NCBI GenBank assembly: GCA_902523455.1
Contig: CABYZG010000003.1
Coordinates: 1,625 to 65,624 of the forward strand
DNA from: an uncultured Pelagibacteraceae bacterium
Lineage (GTDB): Bacteria; Pseudomonadota; Alphaproteobacteria; Pelagibacterales; AG-422-B15
Reading direction: 5' to 3'
DNA length: 64,000 bases
The notes under the pieces were generated by a model. It saw only the letters and a list, made by a program, of their open reading frames with translations. It ran no database searches and had not been told where the DNA came from. Position 1 is the first letter of the stretch. Each line of letters starts with the position of its first letter. Shown here piece by piece: positions 19,143-28,888 of the stretch. The position numbers and the translations under genes were made by a program.

Positions 19143-19820
19143 ATGAGCAATATATTAATCATAGGAGCCAATCGAGGTCTTGGACTTGAATTTGTAAAGC
19201 AATACAGCAATACAAACCATAACATCATTGCAACCACTCGAAATAAAGATAGCTCAAAAGAGTTGATTGAAATTAACAATATCGATATCGCTGAACTTGA
19301 CTTAACTTCTGATGCAAGCGTGAATAGTTTTGTAACAACTATCGGGTCTCAAAAAATTGATATACTCATTCACAACGCAGGTATTTTTAGTGATGAGCAA
19401 TTAAAAGAAGATCTTGATACAGATGCCTGGATGAATGAAATGAGAATTAATGCTGTGATACCTATAATTCTTGCACGAAAATTAAAGAACAACTTAAAAA
19501 TGGGATCTGATAAGAAAGTCGTTTTTATATCCAGTCAAATGGGAAGCATTGATGACAATTACTCTGGTAGATTTTATTTTTATCGCTCATCAAAATCAGC
19601 TCTTAATTCTGCAGCAAGAAGCTTATCAATAGATTGGAAAGAAGATGGTATATCTGTCCTTATTTTGCACCCAGGATGGGTAAAAACAGATATGGGTGGC
19701 ACAAGTGCCAAATTAGAGATACCTGAGAGCATTACCCAGATGATCAATGTTATAAATGAACTAAATCTTGATAACTCTGGCTCATTTTTAAATTATAAAG
19801 GAAAAAAACTCGAATGGTAA
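19143..19820 (+). CDS. Short-chain dehydrogenase (CsgA/C-factor-like SDR)
   Basis: GANRGLG, NAG, YRSSKSALN, HPGWVKTDMGG. Confidence 0.92.
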   Translation: MSNILIIGANRGLGLEFVKQYSNTNHNIIATTRNKDSSKELIEINNIDIAELDLTSDASVNSFVTTIGSQKIDILIHNAGIFSDEQLKEDLDTDAWMNEMRINAVIPIILARKLKNNLKMGSDKKVVFISSQMGSIDDNYSGRFYFYRSSKSALNSAARSLSIDWKEDGISVLILHPGWVKTDMGGTSAKLEIPESITQMINVINELNLDNSGSFLNYKGKKLEW

Positions 19821-20440
19821 AAGATCATACTCACGATAAACCTGATTTCTATAATGATCTTGATAAGACTTATGAAAATATTTGGGATCAACTCATAATT
19901 GGTAAATCAAAATCAAAATCTGAATTACATCAAGGGTATATTTCAACATTCAATGACTCATTTCCATCTGTTAGAACAGTTGTCCTCAGGCATGTTGATA
20001 AGAAAAATAATACCATAAGCTTTCATACGGATATCCGATCCAGTAAAATTGATGAAATAAAAAAAAATAACTCTGTAACCATGCTGTTTTACGATCATGG
20101 CAAAAAGATACAAATTAAAGTGTCGGGAAAAGCTGAAATTAATCATAAAAACGATAAAGCAAAAATGGCCTGGGATAACTCAAGGTCATTTAGCAAGAAA
20201 TGTTATGTTGTTGAAAAGGCACCTGGAACCCCCTCAGATGAACCAACTTCAGGGTACTTACCAGAGCATGAAAACGAACTGCCGGACGATGATCTTTTAC
20301 AAAACGGTTACAACAACTTTACTTTAGTGGAAATTCAAATTCACTCGATTGAGTGGCTTTATTTGCATCGTCAAGGTCATCGCCGAGCATTGTTTACATC
20401 CACAAATGGCAGTTTAAACAAGGAATGGCTAACGCCATAA
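19814..20440 (+). CDS. Pyridoxamine 5'-phosphate oxidase-like FMN-binding protein
   Basis: PSVRTVVLR, FHTDIRSSK, IEWLYL...HRRA. Confidence 0.85.
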   Translation: MVKDHTHDKPDFYNDLDKTYENIWDQLIIGKSKSKSELHQGYISTFNDSFPSVRTVVLRHVDKKNNTISFHTDIRSSKIDEIKKNNSVTMLFYDHGKKIQIKVSGKAEINHKNDKAKMAWDNSRSFSKKCYVVEKAPGTPSDEPTSGYLPEHENELPDDDLLQNGYNNFTLVEIQIHSIEWLYLHRQGHRRALFTSTNGSLNKEWLTP

Positions 20441-20476
20441 TAGTGTCTAAATAAAGCAAGAAAAGGTTAAATAGTT

Positions 20477-21313
20477 TTGAAATATTTGTCAGAAAATAGA
20501 TATAAAGGAGAGATAAAAGGTTTGGTATTAGACTGGAGTGGAACTACTGCTGACGCATACGTGATTGCTCCAACTATAGTGTTTGTTGAGGTTTTTAAGA
20601 AACAAAAGGTTGTAATCTCCATGGAAGAGGCAAGAGAACCCATGGGTTTACGAAAAGATTTACATATAAAAGCACTCACAGAGAACGCTGAAATAAGAAA
20701 GCGCTGGAACATAGTACATGGTAAAGACCCACAAATGTCTGATGTTGAAAATATGTACGCAGATTTTGTTCCACTGCAGCTTAAATGCTTAAAACAATAC
20801 TCAAAATTATTACCCGGAACAGCAGAAGTAATTAAACGGGTTCAAAATAGCGGTATAAAAGTTGGTTGCACAACTGGTTTTGTGCGGTCAATGGTTAATA
20901 TTTTAGAGGAAGAATCAGCAAAACAGGGATATGTCCCTGATGCGTCAGTTGCAGGTGATGATGTTAAAAATGGCGTTCGGCCCCTTCCCCACATGTTATA
21001 TAAAAATTTAGATATAATGAATATAGAATCCATTCAATCAGTTATAAAAGTTGATGATACTGTTTCAGGAATTGGAGAAGCAATTAATGCTGGTTGTTGG
21101 GGTGTTGGTGTAACGCGATATTCGAATTATATGAATATAAATTCCTTAAAAGAAGCTGATGAACTGAGTAAAGAAGAAATTGATATGAAACAAGGATATG
21201 CAAAAGATCTGCTTTATAAAGCAGGTGCGCATTACGTAATAGAAACTATTGCAGATATCGAGGCCGTTATTTATGATATTAACAAAAGGCTTTCACGTGG
21301 TGAAGGGCCTTAA
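20477..21313 (+). CDS. phnX: Phosphonoacetaldehyde hydrolase (phosphonatase)
   Basis: HAD motif DWSGTT, Schiff-base segment PMGLRKDLHI, KVDDTVSGIGEA, GAHYVIET. Confidence 0.9.
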   Translation: MKYLSENRYKGEIKGLVLDWSGTTADAYVIAPTIVFVEVFKKQKVVISMEEAREPMGLRKDLHIKALTENAEIRKRWNIVHGKDPQMSDVENMYADFVPLQLKCLKQYSKLLPGTAEVIKRVQNSGIKVGCTTGFVRSMVNILEEESAKQGYVPDASVAGDDVKNGVRPLPHMLYKNLDIMNIESIQSVIKVDDTVSGIGEAINAGCWGVGVTRYSNYMNINSLKEADELSKEEIDMKQGYAKDLLYKAGAHYVIETIADIEAVIYDINKRLSRGEGP

Positions 21314-21825
21314 AAGTTGATTACAAATTTTTCTTGTTCCTCTGTTTCAATTGTACCTGGCCGGCAATTCCTTACATGATTTATGCATTGGTTTGAATCT
21401 AGTCCTAGTGCCTTTAAAATAAGTGAAGCAAACATTCCAGATCTACCTAATCCAGCATAACAATGCAGGTAAACATTTTTATTGAGTTCTAACTGAGTAA
21501 CACAATCTCTGATAATTTGACTATATTCATTTTTTTTAATCTGAGCTGGAATACCATAGTTTTTTATGGGCATGCTGTAGGCCCTAACATTCTTCTCCTC
21601 TAGATCTTTATGGAACTGATTAATTTCAAAATTTCTAATTTCATTAAGTTCTATCAATGAAACAACGAGTAATATATTTAAGTCGATGATAATGGTTAAA
21701 TCTTTTTTATAAGTAAATTTATCAAATCTAGAATTACTGATACCTGGACAACTGGATATAACCAAATTACCAAGATTTTTTTTTGCTTTAATAATTTTCG
21801 AAAGCTTTATTTTAGTAAAGTTCAA
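21310..21825 (-). CDS. CDKN3-like/dual-specificity CX5R phosphatase
   Basis: SSCPG, PIKNYGIP, HCYAGLGRS, RNCRPGTIETEEQ; TTG start overlaps the phnZ TGA. Confidence 0.85.
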   Translation of the reverse strand: MNFTKIKLSKIIKAKKNLGNLVISSCPGISNSRFDKFTYKKDLTIIIDLNILLVVSLIELNEIRNFEINQFHKDLEEKNVRAYSMPIKNYGIPAQIKKNEYSQIIRDCVTQLELNKNVYLHCYAGLGRSGMFASLILKALGLDSNQCINHVRNCRPGTIETEEQEKFVINF

Positions 21826-22421
21826 ATATAGGACTTTTTAATAAAAGGATGAAAGAATGAAATAGCTTCAGTTTTCTTTCCCCTAATTTTTGCATTGTCA
21901 TCATACTTTCGAAGTCTTACTGCATCTTCAAAATATTTATGACTTTCCAGTTTTCGAATAGCATCTTTGTTTAAATATCCGCCTTGAAGTTTAAAACTTC
22001 TTTTGGAGCCATCTGAAAGACCGTCATAATAATCTGATTGAACGGAACATAGATATCTCTTTGCAATAACGTGCATTTTAATTGGGTAAGTAACTTCTTC
22101 AGGAAAATACTTGGATAAAAAAGATGCAGCAACGTTTTCATGATACTTGTCATTGTTTAAAAAATCATGGCTATTTACATCTTCGCCAGTCAACATATGC
22201 CCTAAATCGTGAAATAATGAAGCAGTAATAAATTTATCACTTTCATTATTTTCTTTAGCTAAGGTTGCGCACTGAAGAGCATGTTGTAATTGAGTAATCT
22301 CTTCGTCATAAAAACTGCACGAACCTCTTTGATCAATAATTTCACATAAAACATTGGTACGCTCAATAATTGAAGCTGAATTTAATTTATTTTCTAGAGA
22401 TTGGATTTTATCTAATTGCAT
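21822..22421 (-). CDS. phnZ: HD-domain diiron oxygenase of the PhnZ/TmpB family
   Basis: ITQLQHALQCA, LFHDLGH, HENVAA, HVIAKRYLC, LSDGSKRSFKLQGG, RKYDDNAK. Confidence 0.85.
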   Translation of the reverse strand: MQLDKIQSLENKLNSASIIERTNVLCEIIDQRGSCSFYDEEITQLQHALQCATLAKENNESDKFITASLFHDLGHMLTGEDVNSHDFLNNDKYHENVAASFLSKYFPEEVTYPIKMHVIAKRYLCSVQSDYYDGLSDGSKRSFKLQGGYLNKDAIRKLESHKYFEDAVRLRKYDDNAKIRGKKTEAISFFHPFIKKSYI

Positions 22422-22466
22422 GAATTAAATGATTAATTATATTTTCTTTAATGTCAATAATTTGAG

Positions 22467-22516
22467 CTGTAACATTAGTGTAATAAATTGCAAAATATCT
22501 GTAATAAAAATGCAAC
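22467..22516 (+). promoter_or_regulatory. Pho box array upstream of phnC
   Basis: Half-sites CTGTAAC 22467, GTGTAAT 22478, TTGCAAA 22488, CTGTAAT 22499, ATGCAAC 22510 (spacing 11,10,11,11). Confidence 0.7.
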
Positions 22517-22555
22517 TTTGATTTAATTTTTTTGTATTACTTTTTATTCATACTA

Positions 22556-23359
22556 ATGATCAAAGTAGAGAAATTAAATAAGTATTTTGGTGACAACCGT
22601 GCAGTAAACGATGTCACATTTGAAATTAATAAACCTGAAATGATTGGTATCATTGGCAGATCTGGTGCTGGAAAGTCAACATTACTGAGAATAATGAATC
22701 GTCTAACCGACGCAACTAGTGGATCTATTTTTATTGAAGGCAGAAATATACTTTCATTAACAAAGAAAGACAAACGAGCATGGCAAAAAGATTGTGCCAT
22801 GATATTTCAGCAATTCAATCTTGTGCCCCGTTTAGATGTTTTAACAAATGTAATTCTTGGAAGATCAAATATTCAAGGTACTTTACGATCAAGTTTAAAA
22901 CTTTTCACTAAAGATGAACGCGTTGATGCATTGATGGCTCTGGATAAATTGGGAATGGCTGAAACCGCGCTGCAAAGAGCAGAGACTTTATCTGGTGGAC
23001 AGCAACAAAGGGTTGCAATTTGTAGAGCTATGATGCAGCAACCAAAAATGATTTTAGCCGACGAGCCTATTGCATCGCTAGACCCTCTTAATGCCCGACT
23101 TGTAATGGAATCACTTAGAAATATTCATAGAGAAAAGCAGATTACTGTTCTTGCAAATCTTCATACTCTTGATACCGCTAAAAATTATTGTGACAGAATC
23201 ATTGGCATGAGACTTGGGGAAATTGTTTTTGATGATGTACCTTCAAGTTTAAAAGATGATGTTGCTAGAGAAATTTACGGCGCTGAAGCTGAAGAAGCAT
23301 TTGAACCAACAGTTACTTCAACTTCACTTGGTGACGAACAGTTTGCAGAGGCAGGATAA
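22556..23359 (+). CDS. phnC: Phosphonate ABC transporter ATPase
   Basis: [40 protein letters not shown]; start moved to ATG 22556. Confidence 0.95.
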   Translation: MIKVEKLNKYFGDNRAVNDVTFEINKPEMIGIIGRSGAGKSTLLRIMNRLTDATSGSIFIEGRNILSLTKKDKRAWQKDCAMIFQQFNLVPRLDVLTNVILGRSNIQGTLRSSLKLFTKDERVDALMALDKLGMAETALQRAETLSGGQQQRVAICRAMMQQPKMILADEPIASLDPLNARLVMESLRNIHREKQITVLANLHTLDTAKNYCDRIIGMRLGEIVFDDVPSSLKDDVAREIYGAEAEEAFEPTVTSTSLGDEQFAEAG

Positions 23360-23411
23360 TGTTAGCCTTTTCAAAAAAAAACTTAACAACTAACAAGGAG
23401 ATATACTAAAA

Positions 23412-24371
23412 ATGATTAAAAATTTAGTAAGGTCTATTATTGCTTGTTCATTCCTTTTCGTGTCTGCAAATGCATACGCATGGGATGTATCTGGCTATAA
23501 AGGGCCAACAATGGACTTGAGTAAATATCAACCTGAAATGAGACTTGGATTTTTAGGCGATGAATCAGCTCAAGACATTATTAAGAATAATGCATGTCTA
23601 AAGGAATATGCGGAAGTTGCATATGGAGTACCAGCTAAAATTTATACTTTTAAAGATTATGCAGGAACAATGGAGTCAATGCTTGGTGGCAGCTTAGATT
23701 ATGCTTGGTTTGGCTCATCAGGATATGCGGGTATATATCTAGAAGATCCTACCGCTACTGTACCAATTTTAACCAGAATGCAGCCAACAGGAGATATGGG
23801 CTATTATTCAGTCATGGTTACAAGATCAGACTCGGGTATCAATTCACTTGATGATTTAAAAGGTAAATCTTTTGGATGGGCTGATCCTAATTCAACATCT
23901 GGTTATCTAATACCATCAATCGAATTAAAAGCTGCAGGAATGGATCCAGACTCATACTTTGGCTCTACACAATTTTCAGGTGGTCATGAAAATAACGTTT
24001 TGGCAGTTCTTAATGGTGATATCGATGCAGGTGTGACATGGGTATCTGGAGTTGGTGAATGGAGCGAAGGTTACTCTTCTGGAAATCTGAGAAAAATGGT
24101 TGATAAAGGACTATTAAATATGGATGACATCAAACAGATTTGGTCATCTGCTTTGATACCAAATGGACCGATTGTAATGCCAACTAATATGCCTGTGAGA
24201 GCGCATCAGGTCATGGTAGGCATGAAGCAGTGGATCCATGAAAATGACCCACAATGCAGCGAGAATGTTGCAAATGGAGTTGTTAAAGCTTGGGTGCCAG
24301 TCGACCATAGTTTCTATGAAACTATTGTAGCTGCTCGTAAAGCTAAAATTGAAGCTAAAAAAGCCGAATAA
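23412..24371 (+). CDS. phnD: Phosphonate ABC transporter substrate-binding protein
   Basis: Signal peptide, DPNSTSGYLIP, FSGGHEN, strong AAGGAG SD. Confidence 0.93.
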   Translation: MIKNLVRSIIACSFLFVSANAYAWDVSGYKGPTMDLSKYQPEMRLGFLGDESAQDIIKNNACLKEYAEVAYGVPAKIYTFKDYAGTMESMLGGSLDYAWFGSSGYAGIYLEDPTATVPILTRMQPTGDMGYYSVMVTRSDSGINSLDDLKGKSFGWADPNSTSGYLIPSIELKAAGMDPDSYFGSTQFSGGHENNVLAVLNGDIDAGVTWVSGVGEWSEGYSSGNLRKMVDKGLLNMDDIKQIWSSALIPNGPIVMPTNMPVRAHQVMVGMKQWIHENDPQCSENVANGVVKAWVPVDHSFYETIVAARKAKIEAKKAE

Positions 24372-24394
24372 ATTTCGGTAGTTGTTTGCTAACT

Positions 24395-24422
24395 TAAGAG
24401 GATGGCATGCCCCATCCTCTTA
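24395..24422 (+). other. Intercistronic stem-loop between phnD and phnE
   Basis: TAAGAGGATGG-CATGCC-CCATCCTCTTA, 11-bp perfect stem; typical mRNA-stabilising element after an SBP gene. Confidence 0.65.
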
Positions 24423-24435
24423 GTTAGTTGTTTAT

Positions 24436-25302
24436 TTGGAGGAAACAGTGCAATCATCATTGCCAGAAAATTTAATTAAAATTGAAAATAATTTAAAATC
24501 TCTTACAAGAACAAGATCAATTTATTCTTTTCTCTCAATTGCGGCATTGATAGCAGTTATTTATTCGGGTTTAATTGTAGCAGAAACAGGAAATGCGACT
24601 AGCATCTGGGTTGGATTACCTAAATTTTTCGATTACCCAGTTGATCTATTTGTTGGGTCATGGGAATACGGCTATAGATGGAATTTATTGTTACTTGAAT
24701 ACCTTCCAGATTTAATAAGCACTATTAATATGGCTCTATTTTCAACAGCAATGGGTACGTTGCTAGCCTTTTTTTTAAGTATTTTTTCAAGTCGTAATCT
24801 AATCAAAAGTAAAACTACTGTATTAATATTTCGACGCATCATGGATATATGCAGATCGTTTCCAGAATTAGTTATTGCGCTTGTTTTGTTGTATCTACTG
24901 GGAAAGTCAGCACTGCCTGCTGTAATTGCCATCATAATTCATACCGCAGGAGCTCTTGGCAAACTGTTTTCAGAAGCTATTGAGAATGTGGACAAAAATC
25001 CAATTGAAGGTCTTGAGTCCTGTGGAGCTTCATGGTTTACCAGAATAAGATTTGGTGTGGTAACTCAGGCACTCCCTCTATTTCTAACTTACACAATTTT
25101 AAGATTTGAGATTAATATAAGGGCTTCAACTATTTTGGGATTTGTTGGCGCTGGAGGTATCGGTGAGCAACTTTACACTAATATACAGTGGAAATATGAA
25201 GCTGACACTATTGCAATAATGTTTTTACTTGTGTCTACGATCATTGCATTGGATTACTTATCAAGTTATTGGCGAAAATCATTAATAGGATTGAAATCAT
25301 GA
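24436..25302 (+). CDS. phnE: Phosphonate ABC transporter permease
   Basis: RSFPELVIAL, GALGKLFSEAIE, RFEINIRASTILGFVGAGGIG. Confidence 0.93.
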   Translation: MEETVQSSLPENLIKIENNLKSLTRTRSIYSFLSIAALIAVIYSGLIVAETGNATSIWVGLPKFFDYPVDLFVGSWEYGYRWNLLLLEYLPDLISTINMALFSTAMGTLLAFFLSIFSSRNLIKSKTTVLIFRRIMDICRSFPELVIALVLLYLLGKSALPAVIAIIIHTAGALGKLFSEAIENVDKNPIEGLESCGASWFTRIRFGVVTQALPLFLTYTILRFEINIRASTILGFVGAGGIGEQLYTNIQWKYEADTIAIMFLLVSTIIALDYLSSYWRKSLIGLKS

Positions 25303-26708
25303 ACAGGTCTGAAATTATTAAAAATTATTCAGATATAGTAGTTACTAAATTTTCATCTAAAATGTGGTCAACTTTTTTAGTGCTCGGGATTATAGTGTAT
25401 TTAATCATAGCAATTTTAAGCCTCGACATATTGCAGATTCATAAAAAATGGAGTCCTGAAAGAGCTTCATTGTTTGCCCTCGACACATATGCACATAAAG
25501 ACCATGTCACAATGAAATGGAGTGAACCAGATGATATAATTATATCCTTTGAAGGAAGCAGGTGGTCTCAGTATGTTGGCCCCTATCAAAAAAGTGACGG
25601 TCTTCCAGAAAGGTATCCTGAATGGACTTCCATAGGTCCAGAGGGTGAAACAAAAATAAGTTTTAAAAATGGAGGGTTTGCAAATCTATACGATGATAAA
25701 GTTACAATAGAAAACTGGCCAGACACCAAAGAAACACTTGTTTTTCGTCTTGATGCACAAGGTAAGCCTTACGTTGAAAATGTAGATAATCTCCCAAAAT
25801 GGATAAGGGTAACGGAAAATAAAATAGAGGTTAGACCATCTCTTTACGAAAGAGTTCAAGTTTATTCAAAAAAAGTTGAAGTACATAGGTACAATCTTGG
25901 TTGGAACTATTTCTGGTTTGACTTTGACAGTCCTTTAGAACCATATGGAATTTGGAATGCTATTTCACTTTCATTCTCAGGCGATAGAGTTGACCCCAAT
26001 ATTTCAAATTTTTCGCTTCTAATTCAAGAATTTCTAAATAATGATATGTGGCATCATGGACAAATATTGTGGGCTTTATTAGAGACAATTTTTATGGCTC
26101 TATTGGGCACCCTACTAGCAGCTCTTCTGGGTTTTCCTCTGGCATTTTTTGCAGCTTACAATGTAACGCCTTTTAAATTTGTTCGAACGATATTAAGACG
26201 GTTATTTGATACATTAAGAGGCATCGATTTTTTGATTTGGAGCTTAATTTTTTTAAGAGCCTTCGGACCAGGACCATTTACTGGAATATTTGCTATTGCA
26301 ATTACAGATACAGGAACTCTTGGAAAATTAATGTCTGAAGCAATAGAAAACACTGAAGAAAAGCAACAAGAAGGTGTAGAGTCTACGGGAGCGAATAAAA
26401 CTCTTCAACACAGATTTGGAATTATACCTCAAATACTTCCTATTTTTATTTCCCAAACTCTTTACTACTTAGAATCAAACACGAGAGGAGCTGTTATTAT
26501 AGGTGCCATGGGCGCAGGCGGCATAGGTTTACAATTACTTGGAGCAATAAATACGGGTACCAGTTGGGAAAATGTTATGTATATGTCATTATTGATTTTA
26601 GGAGTTGTTATTTTCATGGATACAATGTCCGCAAAAGTAAGAAGAGCTTTGATTGGTGATGAAACGCTAGGAGCAGAATTACAATTGGCAAAAATGGCAA
26701 AAAAATAA
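25299..26708 (+). CDS. phnE: Phosphonate ABC transporter permease with large periplasmic insert
   Basis: GTLGKLMSEAIE, ESNTRGAVIIGAMGAGGIG; ATG 25299 overlaps the upstream TGA. Confidence 0.9.
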   Translation: MNRSEIIKNYSDIVVTKFSSKMWSTFLVLGIIVYLIIAILSLDILQIHKKWSPERASLFALDTYAHKDHVTMKWSEPDDIIISFEGSRWSQYVGPYQKSDGLPERYPEWTSIGPEGETKISFKNGGFANLYDDKVTIENWPDTKETLVFRLDAQGKPYVENVDNLPKWIRVTENKIEVRPSLYERVQVYSKKVEVHRYNLGWNYFWFDFDSPLEPYGIWNAISLSFSGDRVDPNISNFSLLIQEFLNNDMWHHGQILWALLETIFMALLGTLLAALLGFPLAFFAAYNVTPFKFVRTILRRLFDTLRGIDFLIWSLIFLRAFGPGPFTGIFAIAITDTGTLGKLMSEAIENTEEKQQEGVESTGANKTLQHRFGIIPQILPIFISQTLYYLESNTRGAVIIGAMGAGGIGLQLLGAINTGTSWENVMYMSLLILGVVIFMDTMSAKVRRALIGDETLGAELQLAKMAKK

Positions 26709-26761
26709 TTTTTTTTTTGAGATCTTAATATTTTTTTAACAATCTATTTGTATCATTAATT

Positions 26762-27199
26762 ATGACCAAATTTATTCAATTCTTTTTAATAACGTCGTAC
26801 ATGTTATCATCTCTTGCTCTTGCAGACAGTCATGAAGACAATACAATTGGGCAAGCTGGAAGTGACTATTCTACCAATACTGAAAGTACATACGAGAGCA
26901 ATATAGGAAACTGTGAAGATTTAAGTGTATTAACGCTCCGTGGATCAGTTAAAAACGATATACAGCGAGCTGACCCAGATTCAGCAACGAAAGCACATAA
27001 TTTAATGCTTGAAGGAATGGAATTGTGTAATAAAAATCAAAACGTCCTTGCAAAAATGAAATTGAAAGAGGCTCAAACTATAGCGAGAGAAGGCAATGTT
27101 GCCGGACAAGATATGAGAATTGGAATTGTTAATGAGTCAGACGAACTGCAAGAAGAGACAGAAAATGAAAAAGAAAAGTCATGGTGGCAGATTTTTTAA
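26762..27199 (+). CDS. Hypothetical exported protein
   Basis: Signal peptide (SSLALA), two Cys, helical core, ends KSWWQIF. Confidence 0.7.
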   Translation: MTKFIQFFLITSYMLSSLALADSHEDNTIGQAGSDYSTNTESTYESNIGNCEDLSVLTLRGSVKNDIQRADPDSATKAHNLMLEGMELCNKNQNVLAKMKLKEAQTIAREGNVAGQDMRIGIVNESDELQEETENEKEKSWWQIF

Positions 27200-27544
27200 C
27201 TACACCTCTTCTAATAACGTACAAAAGCCAGGATCACTACCATTAAAAAAAGTTTCTAAATTAGAAGAACAGTGATTAATCACACATTGGTCTGACTCAT
27301 AAAAATAATCATCAATATTTTTAGCTGATTTAATATTCTGCAACATACAAAGACTATACTCATTGAAGTTACTGCTAGGATGAGTATTAAAATATATTTC
27401 ACAATTAATTATTGTCTCATCGTACCCTATTTCTAGAGATGAAGTGTTTTGAAAATAAGCTATACAACTCTTAAAGTCGTCAGCATAGATGTTTGTGCTC
27501 AGCAGAATTTTAAAAATGAAAATTAAAAGCACGAATCGTTTCAT
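27200..27544 (-). CDS. Hypothetical exported Cys-rich protein
   Basis: Signal peptide (TNIYA), six Cys in 114 aa. Confidence 0.6.
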   Translation of the reverse strand: MKRFVLLIFIFKILLSTNIYADDFKSCIAYFQNTSSLEIGYDETIINCEIYFNTHPSSNFNEYSLCMLQNIKSAKNIDDYFYESDQCVINHCSSNLETFFNGSDPGFCTLLEEV

Positions 27545-27581
27545 GTAATATTATTGTAATATTTCTTAACATTTTTGTAAT
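27543..27581 (+). promoter_or_regulatory. Possible Pho boxes upstream of the MFS gene
   Basis: ATGTAAT 27543, TTGTAAT 27554, TCTTAAC 27564, TTGTAAT 27575 (11,10,11); AT-rich context lowers specificity. Confidence 0.45.
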
Positions 27582-27676
27582 ATTTAAAAATTGGTAAACA
27601 ATCTATTTTTTAACTATTGTAAAAATAACAAATTTATTCAATGACTTATAAAAATAAATACTAAACAGGCATCAAG

Positions 27677-28888
27677 TTGAAAGAAAATAATAGTTTATTT
27701 CCTGTTCATACTATTGGAATTGTAACAATCATTGGTTACGGATTTTTATTCTATACTATTGCCCCATTAAAAGAGTATATCTCACTGCACACCAATTTAA
27801 GTGAGGAATTAATTCTCACAATGTTTAGTTTAGCACTGTTATTTCAAGCCCTATTAGCGCCTCGGATTGGAAAATGGTCAGACCATCATGGAAGCCTAAT
27901 CGTAATTAAATACGGCCTGTTATTAGGTATGATAGGCTCAATTTTTATTGGAATAACAGAGATTGATTTATTTATTTTCAAAAATGTATTGTGGGTGTTT
28001 ATTTCTATGTTTCTAATTACCTTGGGGCTTGGTATGTCAACCTATGAGGTGGCGTTTAATGCGGCAGTCCAAATGGATGAAATCAATTCTAGAAAAAATA
28101 TTTCAATAATTACTTTTTATGGAGCGGTAGCAAGCACTATTACCTGGCTTTCAATTTATCCACTTATATACAATGTAGGTTTATTCTATACGTGTTTATT
28201 TACTTCAATTATTTTATTAATTGGCTTTGTACTTGTGTCCTCAAAGGAAATGAAATACAAATCAAATATAGAATACTTAAATGAAAGTAAGTTATTATTT
28301 AATTGGAATGAGCTAAAGAAGACACAAAAGAAATCATTTTTTTATATTACAATATCCTCTTCTTTACAAAATTTCTTTTTTGTAGCATTTACCCTTGCAT
28401 TAGTAAATTTTTTTACAGAAACATTTAATGACATTAGTATCGCGGTTGTACTTGCGAGTATATATGGCCCGTTTCAACTTGTAGGAAGATACTTGGAAAT
28501 GAAAATTGGAAAGCATTACGACGCAAGATATACAGGCTTAATAGCCTTTTTGTTTGTAATTTTTTCAATTTTTACAGCTCAATTTACAAATAATATTTTT
28601 GTTGCCGCAATTAGTATGGCTTTTTTCGGAATGGGTCACGGTGTTTTAACAATAACATATGGTTATGTCACCAATATGTATTTTGAGTCACAAATTTATG
28701 GCCAAGCTAAAGGGTGGATGGCCCTTTCAAGGAGCATTAGCTTTGCCGTAGGTCCAGCATTAGGTGCACTTCTTTTTGCGTATAATTTAAACTTATTTAC
28801 GATTACGATTGTAATAACTGCAATCCTATCAGCGTTTTCTTTCTCACTAATAATTTTCGAGAAACCTACAAATCAAATGCACAAATAA
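27677..28888 (+). CDS. MFS transporter, ArsK-like
   Basis: About 12 TM; IIGYGFLFY, APRIGKWSDHHG, ITFYGAVASTITW, YGPFQLVGR resemble the ArsK-type MFS pattern. Confidence 0.7.
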   Translation: MKENNSLFPVHTIGIVTIIGYGFLFYTIAPLKEYISLHTNLSEELILTMFSLALLFQALLAPRIGKWSDHHGSLIVIKYGLLLGMIGSIFIGITEIDLFIFKNVLWVFISMFLITLGLGMSTYEVAFNAAVQMDEINSRKNISIITFYGAVASTITWLSIYPLIYNVGLFYTCLFTSIILLIGFVLVSSKEMKYKSNIEYLNESKLLFNWNELKKTQKKSFFYITISSSLQNFFFVAFTLALVNFFTETFNDISIAVVLASIYGPFQLVGRYLEMKIGKHYDARYTGLIAFLFVIFSIFTAQFTNNIFVAAISMAFFGMGHGVLTITYGYVTNMYFESQIYGQAKGWMALSRSISFAVGPALGALLFAYNLNLFTITIVITAILSAFSFSLIIFEKPTNQMHK

